Shown here: piece by piece, positions 6,433 to 11,495 of the stretch | Position numbering within the stretch: position 1 is the first letter of the stretch | How the letters are laid out: the number at the start of each line of letters is the position of its first letter | Source of the DNA: Chthonomonadales bacterium | GTDB taxonomy: Bacteria; Armatimonadota; Chthonomonadetes; Chthonomonadales; Chthonomonadaceae | DNA: 11,495 bases | NCBI GenBank assembly: GCA_038217285.1 | Contig: JBBQPO010000203.1 | Location: forward strand, 1-11,495 | Direction: 5' to 3' | Program-made: the position numbers and the translations under genes | The notes under the pieces: generated by a model | What the model was told of the DNA's origin: nothing | The model's input: the letters and a program-made list of their open reading frames with translations, nothing else | Databases searched by the model: none

Positions 6433-6461
6433 TTGCCAAAGCGGGGGAAATAGAGTACAAT
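6433..6461 (+). promoter_or_regulatory. Sigma70-type promoter for prfA
   Basis: TTGCCA (6433-6438), 17 nt, TACAAT (6456-6461); each hexamer is a 5/6 match to consensus. Confidence 0.75.
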
Positions 6462-6538
6462 TCTGCTATTGGCGGTGGGGCAGGCCGTGAACGTCGCAGC
6501 CCCGCCGCATCATTTTGCCGGAAGGTAGGGAACGCGCG

Positions 6539-7624
6539 TTGTCTCTGGATCAGGCGAAGGCCAAACTGGAAGAAGTCCAAAGTCGTTATGAGGAGATCGA
6601 GGCGCAGATCAACGATCCCGCGTTCAGCAGCGACTATCAGTTGTATATGCAGGCGGCGAAATCGAAGAACGAGATCGAGCCGGTCGTGCTGAAATACAAG
6701 CACTACAAGCGTATTCTGAGCGACATCCCCGACGCCGAAGAGATGCTGGGCATGTCGGAGGGCGCGGACCGCGAAACGGCGCATGAGATGCTCGACACGC
6801 TGAAGACGCAGCGGGACGTGATCGAAGAGGAGATCCGCCTGCTGCTCATGCCGAAAGACCCCAAGGACGACCGCAACGTGATCGTGGAGATCCGGGCCGC
6901 TGCCGGGGGGGAAGAGGCCAAACTGTTCGCAGGTGAGCTCTACCGGATGTACTCCCGCTATGCCGAGCGCCGCAAATGGAAGACCGAGCTGATCGATATC
7001 GACGAGACAGGGATCGGTGGCGTGCAGGCCGTGACCTTCGAGATCGACGGCCAGGGCGCGTACAGCCAGTTGAAGTTCGAAGGCGGCGTCCATCGGGTGC
7101 AGCGCGTACCGCTCACCGAATCGGCGGGCCGTATTCAGACCTCGACCGCCACCGTGGCCGTGCTGCCGGAAGTCGAAGAGGTCGAGGTCGAACTGGACGA
7201 GAAGGAGATCAAGCAGGACATCTACCACTCGTCGAGCGCGGGCGGGCAGAACGTGCAGAAGGTGGCGACCGCCATTCGCCTGACCCATCTTCCGACGGGC
7301 ATCGTGGTGCAGTGCCAGGACGAACGCAGCCAGTTGCAGAACCGGATTAAGGCGCGCGGCGTGCTGCTCTCGCGTCTTTACGACCTCCAGCAACAGCAGG
7401 CGGCCGCCGCCCTTTCCGGGGTGCGCAAGTCGCAGGTCGGATCGGGCGAGCGCAGCGAGAAGATCCGCACCTACAACTTCCCGGATGGACGCGTGACCGA
7501 TCACCGCATCAACAAGACGATATTCAACGTGCCCGGTGTCATGGACGGCGAGATACAGCCGTTTATCGACGATCTGATCGCCGCCGATCAGGCCGAAAAG
7601 ATGCGTGAGAACGCGGTAGAGTAG
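6539..7624 (+). CDS. prfA: Peptide chain release factor 1
   Basis: EIRAAAGGEEA, LKFEGGVHRVQRVPLTE (PxT recognition loop, so RF1), GGQ and RSEKIRTYNFP..RVTDHRI. The start is probably TTG 6539 after GGAAGGTAGGGA; TTG 6515 is the alternative. Confidence 0.97.
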   Translation: MSLDQAKAKLEEVQSRYEEIEAQINDPAFSSDYQLYMQAAKSKNEIEPVVLKYKHYKRILSDIPDAEEMLGMSEGADRETAHEMLDTLKTQRDVIEEEIRLLLMPKDPKDDRNVIVEIRAAAGGEEAKLFAGELYRMYSRYAERRKWKTELIDIDETGIGGVQAVTFEIDGQGAYSQLKFEGGVHRVQRVPLTESAGRIQTSTATVAVLPEVEEVEVELDEKEIKQDIYHSSSAGGQNVQKVATAIRLTHLPTGIVVQCQDERSQLQNRIKARGVLLSRLYDLQQQQAAAALSGVRKSQVGSGERSEKIRTYNFPDGRVTDHRINKTIFNVPGVMDGEIQPFIDDLIAADQAEKMRENAVE

Positions 7625-7710
7625 AAGCGTGAGGCGCTGCTTCTCCTCGCAGGTATAGAGGCGAGCCTGGAAGCGATACGAACGCGGGAAAATAGACGAC
7701 GAAGGAAAGA

Positions 7711-8301
7711 ATGACCATGACGCCAACGCTGACGCCATCGCCGCGTATAAAGACGGATAGTATCGCGGCCCGCTGGATGCTGGCCACCCTGATGACAGGT
7801 GTGACCTGTGTCTGCGCCCGAATCTCGGCTCCCCTGCCGTTCACCCCGGTGCCAGCCACCCTGCAGGTCTTCGCCGTGCTGCTCTCCGGCCTGTTGCTGG
7901 GAAAGCGGTGGGGCACGGTCGCGCAGTTGCAGTATCTGCTTCTGGGGGCGATGGGTCTACCGGTCTTCGCGCTGGGCAGAAGCGGGATCGTGGTGCTGTT
8001 CGGGATTACTGGGGGCTATCTGCTCAGTTATCCCGTTGTGGCGGGCATGATTGGCGGATTGAGTCGGCGATCGCCGTCGTTGAAGGGGCAGTTGGTTGCC
8101 TGCGCTGTGGGCCTGGGAATCCTCTATGGGCTGGGCTGTCTGTGGCTGGGACTGATGTCACAGCCTGCTCTGTCACTTCGAGGGATTCTCGTTATGGGCG
8201 CGGGCTGGTTTGTCGCCTGGGACGCCGTCAAGGCCCTGCTGGCCGTCGCGGTCGCAGGCGGGCTGAAGAGGCGATTTAAAGACGAGACGTCGGGGCTGTA
8301 A
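7711..8301 (+). CDS. bioY: Biotin transporter BioY (ECF S-component)
   Basis: PLPFTPVPATLQ..AVLLSGLLLG...YLLLGAMGLPVFA....TGGYL signature, multiple hydrophobic helices, and D..K in the last helix. AAGGAAAG RBS; start at 7711 or 7717. Confidence 0.92.
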   Translation: MTMTPTLTPSPRIKTDSIAARWMLATLMTGVTCVCARISAPLPFTPVPATLQVFAVLLSGLLLGKRWGTVAQLQYLLLGAMGLPVFALGRSGIVVLFGITGGYLLSYPVVAGMIGGLSRRSPSLKGQLVACAVGLGILYGLGCLWLGLMSQPALSLRGILVMGAGWFVAWDAVKALLAVAVAGGLKRRFKDETSGL

Positions 8302-8330
8302 AAGGTCGTCCGACCGGTAGTGGGGAATGC

Positions 8331-9173
8331 GTGGAAACTTCCGAGAGGCTGCAGGCAGCCATAGCGCGTTTGACGGCGGCTGGAGTGGAGAGCCCGCGTC
8401 TGGAGGCGCAGTTGCTGCTGGCGCAGGCGTTGGGCGTGACCCGCACGGCTGTGGTCGCGGGGACGCACCGGCATCCGGATGCGGAGCACTACGCGGAGTT
8501 CGCGCGGCTGGTGCGGGAGCGGGAGCGTCGCATTCCGCTGGCCTATCTGCGGGGCACCCAGGAGTTTTTCGGATTGACGTTTCTGGTCGGCCCGGAGGTG
8601 CTCATTCCGCGCCCCGAAACCGAGATGCTCGTCGAGTTCGCCCTGGAGAAGCTGCGGGCGGGAACGCTGGCGGATGTCGGGACGGGCAGCGGGTGCATCC
8701 TGACGGCCGTTCTGGCCGGTGCGCTGCAGGCGCGCGGCGTCGGGTTCGATCTGTCGGCTGGCGCGCTGGCCGTGGCACGGCAGAACGCAGCGCGGAACGG
8801 CGTTGCGGAGCGGACTCGCCTGGTGCGTGGAGACTTGTTGACCGGGGCGGAATCGCAAAAGTTCGAGGTGATCGTCTCGAACCCTCCCTATATTCCCTCT
8901 GCCGAGATCGCCGATCTCGCCCCGGAAGTGCGCGACGGGGAGCCGAGACTGGCGCTCGATGGCGGCGCAGACGGACTGAACTGCTATCGGCGACTGGCGC
9001 TGCAGGCGTTGCGGGCGCTGCGACCCGGCGGTTGGCTGGCCGTCGAAGTCGGACGGGGACAGGCACCTGCGGTGGCAGCTCTCTGGCAGGAAGCGGGCTG
9101 GGGGGAGGTCAGCGTCCGAAGCGATCTGGCGGGGATTGATCGCGTGGTATGCGGGCGAAAAGGAGAGACATGA
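8331..9173 (+). CDS. prmC: Release factor glutamine N5-methyltransferase PrmC/HemK
   Basis: PLAYLRG..EF, VLIPRPETE, DVGTGSGCI, SNPPY and EPRLALDGGADGL motifs; GTG start. Confidence 0.96.
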   Translation: METSERLQAAIARLTAAGVESPRLEAQLLLAQALGVTRTAVVAGTHRHPDAEHYAEFARLVRERERRIPLAYLRGTQEFFGLTFLVGPEVLIPRPETEMLVEFALEKLRAGTLADVGTGSGCILTAVLAGALQARGVGFDLSAGALAVARQNAARNGVAERTRLVRGDLLTGAESQKFEVIVSNPPYIPSAEIADLAPEVRDGEPRLALDGGADGLNCYRRLALQALRALRPGGWLAVEVGRGQAPAVAALWQEAGWGEVSVRSDLAGIDRVVCGRKGET

Positions 9174-9940
9174 TCGTCTGTCAGAACCTGACCAAACAGT
9201 TCGGAGAACTGACGGCGGTGGATAATATGAGTTTCTCAGTCGCGGAGGGCGAGCTGTTCGGCTTTCTAGGCCCCAATGGAGCCGGGAAGACGACGACCAT
9301 CAAGATGATGACGGGCCTTCTGCGCCCCACCTCCGGCTGTGCGATGATCGGGGAGTTCGACGTCGAGACGCAGCCGCTGGAAGCCAAGCGACTGTTCGGC
9401 TACATTCCCGACAACCCTTTCCTCTACGAAAAACTGACCGGGCGCGAGTATCTGGCCTTCATGGCCGACCTCTACGCCACGATTCTGCCGGATCGCACAC
9501 GACGCATCGGCGAACTGCTTCATCTTTTCGACCTGTACGACAAGGGCAACGAGATGATCCAGGGTTATTCGCGGGGTATGCGGCAGAAAATCGCCCTGGC
9601 CGGTGCGTTGATCCATACGCCGAAGCTTATCCTGATGGACGAGCCGACCGTCGGCCTCGACCCGCAGAGCGCGCAGGTGATGCAGGATATTCTGCGCGAA
9701 CTCTGTCGTCGTGGCACAACGGTCTTTATCTCGACGCACAACCTCGGGATCGCCGAAAAACTGTGTGACCGCGTCGCCATCGTCAACAAAGGGCAACTGA
9801 TCGCACAGGGCACGGTGGAGGAGCTGCGGGCACATGTCGAGCCGACGGCAGAGGGCGCGCCGCCGCGCAGTCTGGAAGAGATCTTTTTCCTGTTGACGGG
9901 CAGCGCGACCCGCGAAGAGCTGATGCGCTATCTCGGATAG
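9170..9940 (+). CDS. ABC transporter ATP-binding protein (ABC-2/exporter type, 256 aa)
   Basis: Walker A GPNGAGKT, signature YSRGMRQ, Walker B LILMDEP, H-loop STH and SLEEIF tail. ATG 9170 overlaps the prmC stop (ATGA), with AGGAGA at 9161-9166. Confidence 0.94.
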   Translation: MIVCQNLTKQFGELTAVDNMSFSVAEGELFGFLGPNGAGKTTTIKMMTGLLRPTSGCAMIGEFDVETQPLEAKRLFGYIPDNPFLYEKLTGREYLAFMADLYATILPDRTRRIGELLHLFDLYDKGNEMIQGYSRGMRQKIALAGALIHTPKLILMDEPTVGLDPQSAQVMQDILRELCRRGTTVFISTHNLGIAEKLCDRVAIVNKGQLIAQGTVEELRAHVEPTAEGAPPRSLEEIFFLLTGSATREELMRYLG

Positions 9941-9959
9941 CCTGGAGAATCGACCCGTT

Positions 9960-10898
9960 ATGAATCCATCTGAACTGAGTCCGCCGCCTCGATTTCAACG
10001 TCCCCTCTTCGTCACCCTGTTGTTCCCGTTCAGCCTGGTCGTCTTCTTCGCCTGGTTCCTTTTCATGCGCGTTCAGGAAACACGGTATCAGGCTGTAGGT
10101 CAGGCGGGTGCTGCCGCCCTGGCGAAGAAGGATACGAAACGGGCCCGCGACCTTTTCGATACGTTTCTGCGCACGCGTCCGAACGATCCACTGGCCTACA
10201 AGGCGGTCAGTGAAGTCTGCGCGGCATTCGAGCAGCCGACAATGGCGATAGAGTATGCGCAGCGTGGTCTGGACGCCTGCAAGAACGCACCCAACGCATC
10301 GCGCGCCCTGCTCTATTTGCAACTCGCGGAGAGCCAGAGTCTCGCCGAACCCGCGCATCCTCAGACCAAAGCGATCGCTTCGGCCCGCACCGCCCTCAGC
10401 CTCGACCCGCAGAACTTCCAGTTGCAGAACGCCATTGGCTATATGCTCGTGGACAACGACCAGAATCTGGACGAGGCGGAGAAGCTGCTGCGCACGGCGC
10501 TGAAGTCTCTCAAGCCAGCGGGGGAAGATCCCCTTTCCGACGAACTGCGGCCCGCTATGGAAGACAGTTACGGCTGGCTGCTCTACAAAAAGGCCGACTA
10601 TGCGGGCGCCGTGGCCGCGCTCGATCAGGCCAGCCATGACCTGCCCACCGGAACTCCGGGCTATGGGGCAAAATACTTTTTCTATCATCTCGGGGCGGCC
10701 TATCGTAAGACCGGTCAGACCGAAGAGGCGCGCCGCGCGCTGGCGGTCGCCCTCCAGTACGACCCGGCCTTTGCGGAAGCGAAAGCCGAAGTGGTTCTGC
10801 TCCCTCCTCCCAATACCCCTGCGGCAACGCCCGCAGTCTCCCCTCCCGCTGCTTCATCGCCCACGACTCCTGCCTCCGCCCACGGCTTGAAACTCTAA
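9960..10898 (+). CDS. Membrane-anchored tetratricopeptide-repeat protein (312 aa)
   Basis: N-terminal hydrophobic helix (LFVTLLFPFSLVVFFAWFLFM), TPR-like units (NAIGYMLVD...LDEAEKLLRTAL; DSYGWLLYKK..YAGAVAALDQA; YHLGAAYRKTGQTEEA) and a Pro/Ala/Thr tail. Confidence 0.88.
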   Translation: MNPSELSPPPRFQRPLFVTLLFPFSLVVFFAWFLFMRVQETRYQAVGQAGAAALAKKDTKRARDLFDTFLRTRPNDPLAYKAVSEVCAAFEQPTMAIEYAQRGLDACKNAPNASRALLYLQLAESQSLAEPAHPQTKAIASARTALSLDPQNFQLQNAIGYMLVDNDQNLDEAEKLLRTALKSLKPAGEDPLSDELRPAMEDSYGWLLYKKADYAGAVAALDQASHDLPTGTPGYGAKYFFYHLGAAYRKTGQTEEARRALAVALQYDPAFAEAKAEVVLLPPPNTPAATPAVSPPAASSPTTPASAHGLKL

Positions 10899-11089
10899 CT
10901 CTTTCCCTGAACGCCCCCTGCCTTTCCAATACGCGGCTGTCTGCTTCCGCCCTGGAAACAAAACTGCGGCAAAGCGCCCCCATATCAGGAGGCAGGGCGA
11001 TCTCTGCGTGGCTTCAGAGACAGAAAGTGTGCCTGAATAAGAAAAACTAAACTCAACCTTAGAAAAAATCAGTAATATTGCCGAAACTA

Positions 11090-11118
11090 TTGACTTTTCG
11101 TTTCCGTAGGGCTATTAT
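11090..11118 (+). promoter_or_regulatory. Sigma70-type promoter for the DUF2089 gene
   Basis: TTGACT (11090-11095), 17 nt, TATTAT (11113-11118), with an A-rich upstream region and GGAGGTG RBS at 11126-11132. Confidence 0.75.
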
Positions 11119-11137
11119 AGAGGCCGGAGGTGAACTT

Positions 11138-11495
11138 ATGGCGAAAACGTTGACGCGCTGTCCTGTGTGTGAATCGGCCCTGCATGTGTCGGAGCTGACG
11201 TGCGGTCATTGCCGCACACGTATTGTCGGGCAGTTCGATCCGTGCCGGTTTTGCAGTCTGCCCACCGAGCATCTGGCGTTTCTAGAGACGTTTTTGCGGT
11301 GTGAGGGCAACCTCAGCCGCGTGGAGAAGGATCTGGGGCTCTCCTATCCGACCGTACGCAATCGCTTTACCGCCATGCTGGGGGCGCTCGGCTATGGCGA
11401 CGCTCCGACCCCGCCGACGGAGCGCAAAGTGGAGAACGGTTTTGCCTATGCTTACACGACCAAATCACCGACTGCGCCGCCCACTTCCCCTGCAC
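11138..11495 (+). CDS. DUF2089-family zinc-ribbon/HTH protein (partial, runs off the window end; absent from the ORF track)
   Basis: MAKTLTRCPVCESALHVSELTCGHCRTRIVGQFDPCRFCSLPTEHLAFLETFLRCEGNLSRVEKDLGLSYPTVRNR... has CxxC...CxxC followed by the GN...E..LG.SYPTVR.R HTH motif typical of DUF2089. Confidence 0.9.
   Translation, partial: MAKTLTRCPVCESALHVSELTCGHCRTRIVGQFDPCRFCSLPTEHLAFLETFLRCEGNLSRVEKDLGLSYPTVRNRFTAMLGALGYGDAPTPPTERKVENGFAYAYTTKSPTAPPTSPA

Noticed and set aside
6539..7624. RF2 with a programmed frameshift
   Set aside because: It has the PxT motif rather than SPF, and the frame is uninterrupted.
6395..7738. 447-aa minus-strand ORF and other long shadow ORFs (1776..2693, 3629..4432, 8124..8858, 8327..9139, 9783..10688)
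   Set aside because: They are antisense or alternate frames of well-supported genes, expected in high-GC coding DNA, and show no recognisable motifs.
8303..8328. SigH-like promoter AGGT-N18-GAAT before prmC
   Set aside because: GAAT ends only 2 nt before the GTG start, leaving no room for a transcription start, and it overlaps the probable RBS.
9170..9940. ABC ATPase as the BioM/EcfA partner of BioY
   Set aside because: Its motifs (FGFLGPNGAGKTT, YSRGMRQK, SLEEIF) are ABC-2 exporter type rather than CbiO/EcfA type, and no EcfT gene is present.

Overview
GC-rich bacterial DNA, probably Armatimonadota or a related Terrabacteria lineage (inferred from a PEP-CTERM protein, a SigH-like promoter and DUF2089; not proven). 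Bases 1-~2050 are an eroded accessory zone: the right end of an IS21-family element (istB tail plus 4x23-bp terminal repeats ending in CA at 205), a short N-terminal relic of a CBM9-like gene, a GH95 alpha-L-fucosidase pseudogene reduced to three collinear ~100-150 bp pieces, and an intact PEP-CTERM protein. Bases 2070-6227 hold a secreted PepSY protein converging on four minus-strand genes: a secreted protein with a (S)RMTNGT repeat, an SDR, a PAP2 phosphatase and a PhyH-type dioxygenase. Bases 6433-11495 are a plus-strand run: prfA, bioY, prmC, an ABC ATPase with no adjacent permease, a membrane-anchored TPR protein and a separately promoted DUF2089 gene cut by the window end. I found no clearly new multi-gene system. 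The best leads are the serially deleted GH95 gene, bioY between prfA and prmC, a densely folded intergenic segment at 5045-5210, and several candidate promoters and operators. Family assignments come from motif recall, not database searches.
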